DNA of 64,000 bases. It comes from Planctomycetia bacterium. Its GTDB lineage: Bacteria; Planctomycetota; Planctomycetia; Pirellulales; UBA1268. Each line of letters begins with the position of its first letter. Position 1 is the stretch's first letter. Shown in pieces: positions 40,882 through 49,924 of this stretch. The DNA lies in assembly GCA_021414115.1 (NCBI GenBank), contig JAIOPD010000015.1, positions 5,424 through 69,423 of the forward strand, in the 5' to 3' direction. The notes below the pieces were generated by a model, which was not told the DNA's origin, ran no database searches, and saw only the letters and a program-made list of their open reading frames with translations. The translations under genes and the position numbers were made by a program.

Positions 40882-42177
40882 TCAGACCTCCACCAGTTCG
40901 CGTTTCGAGCCGCCCAGCGCGTGCTTGGCGCCCAGCGCGTGCTCGGCGTCGAGCGGGCCATGCGTGCGGATCGGCGTGTTGTCGGTGCCCGAAGGGGTGA
41001 AGATGCCGGCGGCGATCCAGCCGACGAAGAACACGCCCCATGGAATCGCGATCGCCGCCGTTTTCGCCCAGCCCTCGCCGAGCGCGGCCACCAACTGCGG
41101 CCGGAACTCCTCGACGGCCGCCACGGTCACGAGGTTGGCGATCCCCAGGGGGAGCATCACCTTCCAGGCGAGGTTCATGAGCTGATCGAAGCGGAACCGC
41201 GGCCAACTCCAGCGGACCAGCATGAAGAACAGGATCACGCCCAGGATCTTGGCGGAGAGCACGGCGAAACGGATGAAGGCCACCAGCCAGGTCTCGACCG
41301 GCCCGGCACCCGTCACACCCCAGAGGTGCCAGCCGCCGAGGAACATGATCACGATCAGGAACGCCGCCGTGACCATGTGGAGAAACTCGGCCACGAGAAA
41401 GAGCAGGAGCTTGATGCCCGAATACTCGGTATGGTAGCCGCCCACGAGTTCCTGTTCGGCCTCCGGCAGGTCGAAGGGCAGCCGGGCCGCTTCCGCGAAA
41501 CTCGCCACGAGAAACACGAGGAAGCCAAGCGGCTGGGCGAAGGCGTACCACACGCCCGTCGAGGCCTGGGCATCCATGATCGTGTCGAGCTTGAGGGATC
41601 CGGCCGCGAGCACGACGCCCAGGAGTCCGAGCCCGAGCGGGATCTCGTAGGCGACGAGCTGGGCGCTGCTTCGCAGCCCTCCGAGGAAGCCGTACTTGTT
41701 GTTGCTCGCCCAGCCCCCGAGCAGCACGCCGTAGACCGCGATGCTCGAAAGCGCAAACACCCAGAGCACGCCCACGTCGAGGCCGGGAGCCACGAGCAGC
41801 GGCTCCTCGCCGGTCAGGCCGAGCGCGGGGATCGCGGGGAGCGAACTGCCGAACGGGATCGCCGCGAAGATGGCCAGCGACGCGGCGAGGATCACCACCG
41901 GCGCCGCCGTGTAGAGCACCTTGTCGACGTGCCGCGGCGTGAAGTCTTCCTTGAGGATGATCTTCAGCCCGTCGGCGAGCGGCTGGCCGAGTCCGAAGAG
42001 CCGGATCTTGGTGAGCGGAATGCCGACGCGGTTGGGGCCCTTGCGGTCCTGCACCCAGGCGGCCATCCACCGCTCGACGAGCACGAGATACGCCGCCGCC
42101 GTCATCAGGCCGCCGACGAGCAGGCCGATCTTCACGAGGGCGACGATCGTGGGCAGCGAAGGGAGGAGTGCGTTCAT
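40882..42177 (-). CDS. nuoH: NADH-quinone oxidoreductase subunit H
   Basis: ATG at 42177. Motif VERWMAAWVQDRKGPNRVG...GLGQPLADGLK. Confidence 0.93.
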   Translation of the reverse strand: MNALLPSLPTIVALVKIGLLVGGLMTAAAYLVLVERWMAAWVQDRKGPNRVGIPLTKIRLFGLGQPLADGLKIILKEDFTPRHVDKVLYTAAPVVILAASLAIFAAIPFGSSLPAIPALGLTGEEPLLVAPGLDVGVLWVFALSSIAVYGVLLGGWASNNKYGFLGGLRSSAQLVAYEIPLGLGLLGVVLAAGSLKLDTIMDAQASTGVWYAFAQPLGFLVFLVASFAEAARLPFDLPEAEQELVGGYHTEYSGIKLLLFLVAEFLHMVTAAFLIVIMFLGGWHLWGVTGAGPVETWLVAFIRFAVLSAKILGVILFFMLVRWSWPRFRFDQLMNLAWKVMLPLGIANLVTVAAVEEFRPQLVAALGEGWAKTAAIAIPWGVFFVGWIAAGIFTPSGTDNTPIRTHGPLDAEHALGAKHALGGSKRELVEV

Positions 42178-42200
42178 GGGTGTGGGATTCGCAAGGGCGG

Positions 42201-43841
42201 TCAGGCGAGCTGATGGATGCGGAGATCGACGCCGGTGGCGGGCATCTCGCCGGCGAGGGCGGCGAGCGCCGCCGACGAACCGGCGATCTGCTGCCGAACG
42301 GAGACGGGATCATAGAGGCCGCGGCGACCGAGCATGTTCCAGAACAGCCGACCCTCAGGCCAGACACCCGCTGGCGGGCGGATCGCTTGGCTGAAGCTCT
42401 GCGCGTGATGGGCCACGTTGACCCACGTGCCGGCCCGCTCGGCGAAACCCGTGGCGGGCAGCCGCCACGAGGCGAGCCGCATCAGCGGCGAGTCGAAGAG
42501 ATCCTGCACGACGAGCTGCACGAGACCGGCGAATGCTTCGGCCGTCGCCGTGTCGATCCACGGGCCCGGATAGCCGCCGGTGATCCAGGCGGCAGCCGCC
42601 TTGCCCGCGGCCACGTGTGCCACCAGATCGTTCCACGATCGGCCGCCGGCGCCGTAGAGCGCGAGCACCTCCTCGACGCCGCGGCGGTTGGGGCACTTCT
42701 CGGCACGGATCGTGAAACCGCCAGGGAACGACTCGTCGGTGCCGGTCACGGGCACGAAGCCCGGAGCGAGCCAGGCCTCGGGATCGATCGACCGGGCGAC
42801 GGCGCAGAGCATCCACGCCTCTTCGACGGTGAGCATCGGGGAGACGGCCACGGCCAGCCGTCCGGCGGCCTTGAGGTCGTCGCGGAGCTTCGTCACCACG
42901 TCGGCCCATTCGATCGTCTCGACGGCGGGCGTGATCGACCCGTGGACGCGGTGGGCCGGGCCGGCGACCTTCCGCGACGCCTCGAGGATGCGGGACGAGT
43001 CGTGGAGGTGGTGCCACCCATACCGGCCGTCGTCACAGATCCACCACTTGTTGACGTGCGGGTTTTCTCGGGGCTTGAGCCGGTAAACGGCGTCCTGGTT
43101 GTGCTCGGTGGAGATCGAGCAGCCGGCGGAGCAGCCGCCGCAGACGTTGGCCTCCCGCTTCAGAAACCAGACCCGCTGCTGGTAGAGGAAGTCCTTGTCG
43201 CCGAGCGCGCCCACCGGGCAGAGGTCGACCACGTTGCCGGAAAGCTTGTTGTCGAGGGGATGGCCGGGGAAGACGTCGATCTCCTCCTTCGCGCCGCGGC
43301 TCGTCACCATCAGTTCGGCCGTGCCCGAGATCTCGCGGGTGAACCGCACGCACCGCGTGCACATGATGCAGCGGTCGACGAACAGCGTGACCGTGGGCCC
43401 GACGTCGCGTTTGCGGCTGGTGAACGGATGCAGGTCGGCCCGCCGCTCGGCCTGGCCGTGCTCGAAGTGGTAGTCCTGCAGCAGGCACTCGCCCGCCTTG
43501 TCGCAGATTGGGCAGTCGATCGGGTGGTTGATGAGCAGCGCCTCTTCGACGCGGGCCCGGCTCTCCTTCACGAGCGGGCTTTCCGTGACGATCACGGTGC
43601 CGTCCTTGACCGGCGTCTGGCAGCCGGGCACGAGCTTTGGCACCATCGAGATCTTGCCGGTGGCCGCGTCCCGCTGCCCCGTCTCGATCAGGCACATCCG
43701 GCAGCTGGCCACGACCGACAGGCCTGGATGCCAGCAGTAGTGCGGGATCTCCTTGCCGGCGCGGCGCGCGGCCTCGATGCAGTTGAGCCGTTCGTCGGCC
43801 CCGATCTCGATCTCTTGTCCATCGACGATGACGACCGGCAT
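42201..43841 (-). CDS. nuoG: NADH-quinone oxidoreductase subunit G (short form, 546 aa)
   Basis: In-frame ATG at 43841 overlaps the nuoF stop. A 2Fe-2S region (CWHPGLSVVASCRMC) and 4Fe-4S motifs (HPIDCPICDKAGEC, CIMCTRCVRF). The C-terminal molybdopterin-like part is shorter than in E. coli NuoG. Confidence 0.9.
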   Translation of the reverse strand: MPVVIVDGQEIEIGADERLNCIEAARRAGKEIPHYCWHPGLSVVASCRMCLIETGQRDAATGKISMVPKLVPGCQTPVKDGTVIVTESPLVKESRARVEEALLINHPIDCPICDKAGECLLQDYHFEHGQAERRADLHPFTSRKRDVGPTVTLFVDRCIMCTRCVRFTREISGTAELMVTSRGAKEEIDVFPGHPLDNKLSGNVVDLCPVGALGDKDFLYQQRVWFLKREANVCGGCSAGCSISTEHNQDAVYRLKPRENPHVNKWWICDDGRYGWHHLHDSSRILEASRKVAGPAHRVHGSITPAVETIEWADVVTKLRDDLKAAGRLAVAVSPMLTVEEAWMLCAVARSIDPEAWLAPGFVPVTGTDESFPGGFTIRAEKCPNRRGVEEVLALYGAGGRSWNDLVAHVAAGKAAAAWITGGYPGPWIDTATAEAFAGLVQLVVQDLFDSPLMRLASWRLPATGFAERAGTWVNVAHHAQSFSQAIRPPAGVWPEGRLFWNMLGRRGLYDPVSVRQQIAGSSAALAALAGEMPATGVDLRIHQLA

Positions 43842-45196
43842 CAGTGGGCTCCGACGATCTGGAGGGCGGGAACGGGATCGGTGACCATCCAGCCGGATGG
43901 ATTCGTCCGCTTGATGTAATCCTCGAACTCGCCGCGGAACTTCTTGATCGCATTCTTGATCGGCCAGGCGGCGCCGTCGGCGAGGCCGCAGATCGTGCTG
44001 CCGGGCATCATGCCCATCGTGTTGCCGATCTCCAGCAGGATGTCGAGGTCCCGGAGGCGGCCCTTGCCGGCCTTGATCCGCTCGAGCATCCGCAGCGACC
44101 AGCTCGTGCCCTCGCGGCAGGGGGTGCACTGGCCGCACGACTCGTGGGCGAAGAACCGGCAGGAGTTGTGGAGGAAGTCGACGATGCTCGTCTGGTCGTC
44201 GATCACGACCACGGCCGCGGTGCCGAGTCCGAGGCAGCCGACCTTGCCCGGGCCGGCGAAGTCGAGCGGCGTGTCGAGCTCGCTCTCCGTCATCAGGCCC
44301 ATGGAGATGCCGCCGGGGATCACCGCCTTGGCCTTGCGGCCCTTCCAGACGCCGCCGCCGAAACGATCGATCAGCTCCCGGGCCGTGATCCCGAGCGGGG
44401 CCTCGTAGCAGCCCGGCTTCTCGACGTGGCCCGAGAGGCAGTAGAGCTTCGGTCCGTAGGAGCCCGGATCGCGCGGGTTGGCGGGATCGGCCGGCACGCC
44501 GATCGACTTGAACCACTCGATGCCGCGGCGGGCGATCTGGGCGACACAGGCCATCGTCTCGATGTTGTTGACGACCGTGGGCTTGCGGAAGAGCCCCTCG
44601 ATCGCCGGGAAGGGGGGCTTGATTCGCGGCCAGGCCCGCTTCCCCTCGAGGCTCTCGATCAGGCCGGTCTCTTCGCCGCAGATGTAGGCGGCCGCGCCAC
44701 GATGGAGGTAGATGTCGAGCGAGAAGGCCGAGCCGCGGATGTTCTTGCCGAGATAACCGGCGGCGTAGGCCTCGTCGATCGCCGCCTGGAGCCGGTGCCA
44801 ACTCCGCGGATACTCGTAGCGGAGATAGATGTAGGCCGTGGAGGCCCGCGTGGCGTAGGCCGAGAGGATGATCCCCTCGATCACCTGGTGCGGGTCGTCC
44901 TCCATCAGGATCCGATTGTTGAACGTGCCCGGCTCGCTCTCGTCGGCATTGATGCAGAGGTAGATCGGGCCCGGATGGTCCTTGGGCAGGAACGTCCACT
45001 TGAGTCCGGTGGAGAAGCCGGCACCGCCGCGGCCGCGGAGGCCCGACGACTTCACCATCTCGACCACGTCGACCGGCTGCTTTTCAGCCAGCACCTTCTC
45101 GAGCGGGGCGTAGCCGCCGCGGCTCTTGTAGCTGGCCAACGTGTAGCCATCGGGCACGCCGACGGCCTCGAGCAGGACTGGTTTGAAAGGCTGCAT
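43841..45196 (-). CDS. nuoF: NADH-quinone oxidoreductase subunit F
   Basis: ATG at 45196. FMN/NADH motifs GLRGRGGAGFSTGLKW and ESCGQCTPCREG. Confidence 0.95.
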   Translation of the reverse strand: MQPFKPVLLEAVGVPDGYTLASYKSRGGYAPLEKVLAEKQPVDVVEMVKSSGLRGRGGAGFSTGLKWTFLPKDHPGPIYLCINADESEPGTFNNRILMEDDPHQVIEGIILSAYATRASTAYIYLRYEYPRSWHRLQAAIDEAYAAGYLGKNIRGSAFSLDIYLHRGAAAYICGEETGLIESLEGKRAWPRIKPPFPAIEGLFRKPTVVNNIETMACVAQIARRGIEWFKSIGVPADPANPRDPGSYGPKLYCLSGHVEKPGCYEAPLGITARELIDRFGGGVWKGRKAKAVIPGGISMGLMTESELDTPLDFAGPGKVGCLGLGTAAVVVIDDQTSIVDFLHNSCRFFAHESCGQCTPCREGTSWSLRMLERIKAGKGRLRDLDILLEIGNTMGMMPGSTICGLADGAAWPIKNAIKKFRGEFEDYIKRTNPSGWMVTDPVPALQIVGAH

Positions 45197-45197
45197 G

Positions 45198-45695
45198 TCA
45201 GGTGGCCCTCGCGCGGGGCTTCTTGAGCTCGGCCTCGGCGGCCTCGGGGGTCATGTTCTTGAGCAGGTCGTCGTTGGCCAGGATGCAGGGAGCGAAGTCA
45301 CAGGCACCGAGGCACTCCGCCGGCTCGATCGTCAGGCTGCCGTCGACCGTCGTGCCGTAGGGTGGGATGCCGTTCGTGTGGCAGAGGTGCTCGAGCAAGT
45401 GATCGCCGCCCCGCAGGGCGCACGACACCGACCGGCAGACGAACGCCCGCACCGTGCCGTGCGGCTTCTCCTGATGGAAAAACTCGTAGAAGGTCAGCGT
45501 GTCTTGCACCTCGGCCGGCGCCAGGCCGAGCACCGCCGCGATCTCGGCAACGGCCTGGAGCGGCACGTGCCGCAGCTCGGCGTTGACGATGTGGAGCGCC
45601 GGCAGCGTGAGCGCACGGCGGTTGGGATACCGGGGCGCGAGCGCCTCGATCTTGGCAACCATCTCGTCGGTGAGGATTGTTCTTTGGGCGATCAT
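45198..45695 (-). CDS. nuoE: NADH-quinone oxidoreductase subunit E
   Basis: In-frame ATG at 45695. 2Fe-2S motifs VCRSVSC and ECLGACDFAP. The upstream part of ORF 45198..45776 runs into repeat A3. Confidence 0.9.
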   Translation of the reverse strand: MIAQRTILTDEMVAKIEALAPRYPNRRALTLPALHIVNAELRHVPLQAVAEIAAVLGLAPAEVQDTLTFYEFFHQEKPHGTVRAFVCRSVSCALRGGDHLLEHLCHTNGIPPYGTTVDGSLTIEPAECLGACDFAPCILANDDLLKNMTPEAAEAELKKPRARAT

Positions 45696-45730
45696 GGTTT
45701 GAGTGCACTCAGTCTCAGTGGCAAGGTGCC

Positions 45731-45869
45731 GGACGGGGTTGCCCATGCCGTCTCGCCGGACGCTCGCTGCGGCCATCCTGGCCTCCGCTCGCTCGATGCC
45801 GGCTGGGCTTCGCCATCCATGGCTTCGCTGGCCGACAACGCCGTCTCGACGGCATGGGCAACCCCGTCC
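45731..45869 (+). repeat. family A palindromic repeat (A3) inside the nuoD-nuoE spacer
   Basis: Perfect 22-nt terminal inverted repeats ggacggggttgcccatgccgtc (45731..45752) and gacggcatgggcaaccccgtcc (45848..45869). The core aligns with A1 and A2. Confidence 0.85.
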
Positions 45870-45936
45870 TGCCGTGAGCGAAACGGGGGGATGAGAGCGA
45901 GAGAGGGGCGGTCGAGTTGGGCGTCGGCAGTGTGGT

Positions 45937-47169
45937 TCATCGGTCGAGCTCCGCGGCGATGATGTTGAGGCTGCCGAGGACGGCCACCACGTCGGAGAGG
46001 GTATGGCCGCGGATGAGGTGGGGAAACATGGCGAAGTGGAGCACCGACGGCGGTCGGCAGCGGGCCCGGTAGGCGGTGTCGTTGCCGTCGCCCACGATGT
46101 AGAAGCCGAGTTCGCCGTTGGGAGCTTCGGTCGCGGCGTACGTCTCCTCGTGCGGCACCTCGAAGCCCCGGTTGCTCATCGAGAGCTCGAAGTGCGAGAT
46201 CGTGCCCTCGATCGTGGAATAGACCTGCTGCTTGGTGGGCAGCGCGGTCCGCTGATCGATGCCCACGTTGACGGGGCCCGCGGGAAGGTTCTCGAGGGCC
46301 TGGGCCACGATCTTCAGGCTCTCCCGCATCTCCTGCATCCGGATGAGATACCGCGCGTAGCAGTCGCCGGCGCTGGCGCAACAGATCTGGAAGTCGAGGT
46401 CACCGTAGGCGAGGTAGGGCTCGTCCTTGCGGAGATCGCGGGTCACGCCGCTGCCGCGGGCGACCGGCCCCGTGGCACCGCGGTTGATCGCCTCCTCTTT
46501 CGTGAGCACGCCCACGCCCTTCGTGCGGTCCACGAAGATGCGGTTGCGGGTGAGGAGCCGCTCCATGTCGTCGAGCGTCTTGGGGAATGTCTTGAGGAAG
46601 CTGCGGATCTTTTCGATCACCAGCGGCGTGAAGTCGTGCGAGACGCCGCCGACGCGGGTGTAGGAGTTGGTGAACCGCGCCCCGCAGAGCGTCTCGAAGA
46701 TGTCGTAGATCACCTCCCGCTGATAGAAGGCGTAGAGGAAGAACGTGAACGCTCCCGTGTCGAGCCCGACGGCGCCGTTGCTCAGCAGGTGATCGCTGAT
46801 CCGGGCCAGCTCCGCGATGATCGTACGGATGTAGGTGCACCGGGGAGTGAGCTCGATCCCCAAGAGGGCCTCGACCGCGTGGTGCCAGGCCACGTTGTTG
46901 GCCATCGGGGAGATGTAGTTCATCCGATCCGTGACCGTCACGTATTGGTTGAACGTGAGATACTCGCCGAGTTTCTCGAAGCCGGAGTGCAGGTAGCCCA
47001 TCTCCGGCATCGCATCGACCACCCGCTCGCCGTCGAGTTTGAGCACGATCCGGAGGGTCGTGTGGGTGGCCGGATGCTGCGGGCCGAAGTTGAGCGTCCA
47101 GAGGTAGTCCTCGGAACGGGCGCCCGCCTCCGGGCCGGAGGTGCCGAACTCAGCCGTGGCGATGGACAT
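45937..47169 (-). CDS. nuoD: NADH-quinone oxidoreductase subunit D
   Basis: In-frame ATG at 47169. Motif LNFGPQHPATHTTLRIVLKLDGE. Confidence 0.95.
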   Translation of the reverse strand: MSIATAEFGTSGPEAGARSEDYLWTLNFGPQHPATHTTLRIVLKLDGERVVDAMPEMGYLHSGFEKLGEYLTFNQYVTVTDRMNYISPMANNVAWHHAVEALLGIELTPRCTYIRTIIAELARISDHLLSNGAVGLDTGAFTFFLYAFYQREVIYDIFETLCGARFTNSYTRVGGVSHDFTPLVIEKIRSFLKTFPKTLDDMERLLTRNRIFVDRTKGVGVLTKEEAINRGATGPVARGSGVTRDLRKDEPYLAYGDLDFQICCASAGDCYARYLIRMQEMRESLKIVAQALENLPAGPVNVGIDQRTALPTKQQVYSTIEGTISHFELSMSNRGFEVPHEETYAATEAPNGELGFYIVGDGNDTAYRARCRPPSVLHFAMFPHLIRGHTLSDVVAVLGSLNIIAAELDR

Positions 47170-47177
47170 GGGCGTGC

Positions 47178-47687
47178 TCAGCTGTGGTCGCGGGTGATGA
47201 CGGGGAAGTTGTGCCGCTCGCCGCGGCCCTGAAGCGGATAATCCTTGCGGAGGGGATGGGCCGTGAACTCCTCGGGCATCACGAGGCGGCGGAGATCGGG
47301 ATGGCCCGTGAAGCGGATGCCGAACAGGTCCCAGACCTCCCGCTCCAGCCAGTTGGCGGCCTCCCAGAGCGGCACCACGCTCTTCACGGTCGGATCGGGA
47401 TCGTCGACGAACACGCGGATCGTGAGCCGCTGGTTGGTGGCCGTCGAGGCGAGGAGGTAGACGAGGCCATAGCGGTGTTTGGCGGACTTGTACTCGAGAT
47501 AATCGACGCAGGTCACGTCGACGAGCAGGTCGAAGCCCTGGTCCTTGAGCCACGCGAGCGCCTCGAACGCGAGCGGCTCCGGAACGACCACCCGCGTCTG
47601 GCCGCGGTTGACCGACGTGTCGAGGCTGCCGAAGCGGGAGATCAGGCCGGCGAGCACGTCATCGACGGAAGGGGGCGTGAAGGGCAT
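47178..47687 (-). CDS. nuoC: NADH-quinone oxidoreductase subunit C
   Basis: ATG at 47687. Motif ANWLEREVWDLFGIRFTGHPDLRRL. Confidence 0.93.
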   Translation of the reverse strand: MPFTPPSVDDVLAGLISRFGSLDTSVNRGQTRVVVPEPLAFEALAWLKDQGFDLLVDVTCVDYLEYKSAKHRYGLVYLLASTATNQRLTIRVFVDDPDPTVKSVVPLWEAANWLEREVWDLFGIRFTGHPDLRRLVMPEEFTAHPLRKDYPLQGRGERHNFPVITRDHS

Positions 47688-47738
47688 GGGTGGAAGGGTT
47701 GGCGACGTGTCGGTGAAGGCGGGCGGGTGGTTTGCGGG

Positions 47739-48377
47739 TCAGTTGCGGCCGGCGATGGCGTCGGCCGCCGCGGCCAATTCTCGCTGCATCATCGGGTTTC
47801 GAGAGGCATCGATCGACAGGGGATTGGCGATCTCGACGAGCGACCGCTTGCGGAGTTGGCGGCCTGCCGTATCGAACTCGCGGCCGCTGATCGTGCCCTC
47901 CCGCTGAATCTTGTCCTGCAGGTCGATGATCGCCTGAATGAGCTGTTCGGGACGGGGTGGGCAGCCGGGCACGTACATGTCGACCGGAATGAACCGGTCG
48001 ATTCCCTGCACGACGGCGTAGGTGTCGAATACGCCCCCCGTGCTCGCGCAGGCGCCCATCGAGATGCACCACTTCGGCTCGTGCATCTGCTGCCAGATGC
48101 GCTGGAGCACCGGCAGCATCTTCATCACCACCCGGCCCGCCACGATCATCAGGTCGCACTGCCGCGGGCTGAAGCGAAACACCTCGGCACCGAAGCGGGC
48201 GAGGTCGTGCTTACTGGCCCCGGTAGCCATCAGCTCGATGCCACAGCAGGCCGTGGCGAACGGCATCGGCCAGAGACTGTTTTTGCGGCACCAGTTGGCG
48301 AGCGAATCGAGCCTGCCGATCACGACGTTCTCGGGGAGCTCGAGCCGGCCGGGCGAGTTTGTGTGCACTACCGCCAT
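47739..48377 (-). CDS. nuoB: NADH-quinone oxidoreductase subunit B
   Basis: In-frame ATG at 48377. N2 cluster ligand context: [17 protein letters not shown] and VPGCPPRPE. It has a hydrophilic C-terminal extension. Confidence 0.93.
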   Translation of the reverse strand: MAVVHTNSPGRLELPENVVIGRLDSLANWCRKNSLWPMPFATACCGIELMATGASKHDLARFGAEVFRFSPRQCDLMIVAGRVVMKMLPVLQRIWQQMHEPKWCISMGACASTGGVFDTYAVVQGIDRFIPVDMYVPGCPPRPEQLIQAIIDLQDKIQREGTISGREFDTAGRQLRKRSLVEIANPLSIDASRNPMMQRELAAAADAIAGRN

Positions 48378-48763
48378 CGGAAAACCCCTTTTCTCCAATC
48401 GTAGGCAAAGCCGACGACCACCATCGCGATGAAGGCCATCGCGGCACCGAAGACGAGGCCTCGCGACGAGACAAGGCCTCCCTGCACGGCCGCATCGACG
48501 CCGGCCGCCGACCGGCTGGCGACCGCCCACGGATAGAGGAAGAGCAACTCGACGTCGAATACGAGAAACGTGATCGCCACCAGGTGAAACCGCACGTCGA
48601 ACCGCCGCTTGGTGTCGTGAACGGGGTCCATGCCGCTTTCGTAGGGCATCTCCTTGACGGCGCCCGACCGCCGCGGGCCGATCAGGTTGGCCGCCACGAG
48701 GAGCCCGACCGAGACGGCCGCCGCGATCGCGACGAGCAGCAGGACCGGGAGGATCGCGTCCAT
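48368..48763 (-). CDS. nuoA: NADH-quinone oxidoreductase subunit A
   Basis: In-frame ATG at 48763. Motif YESGMDP...[26 protein letters not shown]. Confidence 0.9.
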   Translation of the reverse strand: MDAILPVLLLVAIAAAVSVGLLVAANLIGPRRSGAVKEMPYESGMDPVHDTKRRFDVRFHLVAITFLVFDVELLFLYPWAVASRSAAGVDAAVQGGLVSSRGLVFGAAMAFIAMVVVGFAYDWRKGVFRWR

Positions 48764-48825
48764 CAGGGCCTCGAAGGGCGAAGGTTCCAGGGAGTCACTC
48801 TGCGATTTTCGGCCGTGGAAACCGA

Positions 48826-48847
48826 CTTCGTGAAATTCGTCACGAAG
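48826..48847. promoter_or_regulatory. perfect palindrome CTTCGTGA-N6-TCACGAAG upstream of nuoA (candidate CRP/FNR-family operator)
   Basis: cttcgtgaaattcgtcacgaag has 8-bp perfect arms and lies about 60 nt upstream of the nuoA ATG. The GTGA-N6-TCAC core has the spacing of CRP-family sites. Confidence 0.4.
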
Positions 48848-48856
48848 TTTGGGCCC

Positions 48857-48888
48857 AAAAAAGCCGGGGGCCACTCTGGGCCACCGGC
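48857..48888 (-). terminator. intrinsic terminator after the glycosyltransferase genes
   Basis: The minus strand reads GCCGGTGGCCCAGAGTGGCCCCCGGC followed by TTTTTTGGG. It is a GC-rich nested stem plus a T6 tract, about 85 nt after the stop at 48974. Confidence 0.7.
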
Positions 48889-48973
48889 GCGTCCGAAACC
48901 GACACTGTTATACAGGTGGTCTCTCCAGCCGACGAGTCGTCCTCGTTTTGCCGGGCTTCCGGCCGCCGCCGCG

Positions 48974-49924
48974 TCATCCGCAGCGGGCGAGATGCCCGCG
49001 GATGAGGCCCAGATCGTAGGCTGTCGACCTCGTCAGGCCCCTTCTGACGCGGTCCAAATCGATGCCGTAGTGGTTCAGTCGGAAAAGACCGACTTTGACG
49101 AACGGGACTCCCGCCTCCAGCAGCCGCCACCAGACCAACTCGCTGGGATTGTGCGGCGTGCGGCGGCTTTTTTTCACCAGCCGCCACGACCGGAGCGGCG
49201 CGGCGATCGAGAGCTGCGGGATCACCTCCCGCAGGCTCACGCGAGCCGCCGTGGTGGCGTCATACAGCCCGGCGACGGAGAACCCGGCGTGGAGAACGTG
49301 CTGCGAGAGTCCGACCTCGTGCCGCTCGACCACCTCGCGCTTCGAAGAAAGAGGCTCGACTGCCGACCAGAAAGCATCGAAGCAGGATGACTCGAGCAGT
49401 GGCTTTCGCATGCCGAAAAACCACGACTGCACGTGCCTGCGGCGGGGCAGATCGCGGCTGGTGGGCTGGTCCGAGACGACCATGCCCCACAGGTCGGCGG
49501 CGGCCGTCCGAGAGTCTTCGAACGCGGGCTTCAGGTCGAACAGCGGACCATAGACGCTGTCGTTGACGCAGATCACTTCGTCGAACGCGGATCGATCGAG
49601 CGTCGCAAGTCCGTCTCGCCAGGCGCAGAAGTCATAGCCGATGTTCGCGCGGGGCAGGAAATCATCGACCAATGACTTCAGCGACGCCGGCAGCTCCCGG
49701 CCACCGTTGGACACCACCACCAGCCGGTCGGCGAACCGGCGGTATTCAGCGATGGCGTGCCGGACATGCGGATCGAAGTCGCCGTGCGGATCGAAGTGGG
49801 CCAGCACGATCGCCCGCGGAGATCGTCCACGGGAAGCCGTTCGGATCACACTCGGGTGGCCTGCGGTCATGAATCGCCTGCGGCAGGGATCAGGCCGCTC
49901 TCCGCCCGGCGAGTTGGTCGTCAT
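48974..49924 (-). CDS. RgpF-like (rhamnan synthesis protein F family) glycosyltransferase, tentative
   Basis: Pattern IVLAHFDPHG...VVVSNGG...RANIGYDFCAWRDGL...ICVNDSVYGPL. The start is ATG 49924 (overlapping the upstream gene by 35 nt) or in-frame ATG 49870 (no overlap). Confidence 0.6.
   Translation of the reverse strand: MTTNSPGGERPDPCRRRFMTAGHPSVIRTASRGRSPRAIVLAHFDPHGDFDPHVRHAIAEYRRFADRLVVVSNGGRELPASLKSLVDDFLPRANIGYDFCAWRDGLATLDRSAFDEVICVNDSVYGPLFDLKPAFEDSRTAAADLWGMVVSDQPTSRDLPRRRHVQSWFFGMRKPLLESSCFDAFWSAVEPLSSKREVVERHEVGLSQHVLHAGFSVAGLYDATTAARVSLREVIPQLSIAAPLRSWRLVKKSRRTPHNPSELVWWRLLEAGVPFVKVGLFRLNHYGIDLDRVRRGLTRSTAYDLGLIRGHLARCG

Noticed and set aside
34014-48404. Many plus-strand ORFs across the nuo operon (for example 34014..35159, 35165..36553, 37535..39403, 40855..42213, 42168..43919, 43844..45226, 46003..47232 and 47184..48404)
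   Set aside because: All are antisense to nuo genes with clear subunit motifs. Their composition is Arg/Gly/Asp/His-rich low complexity.
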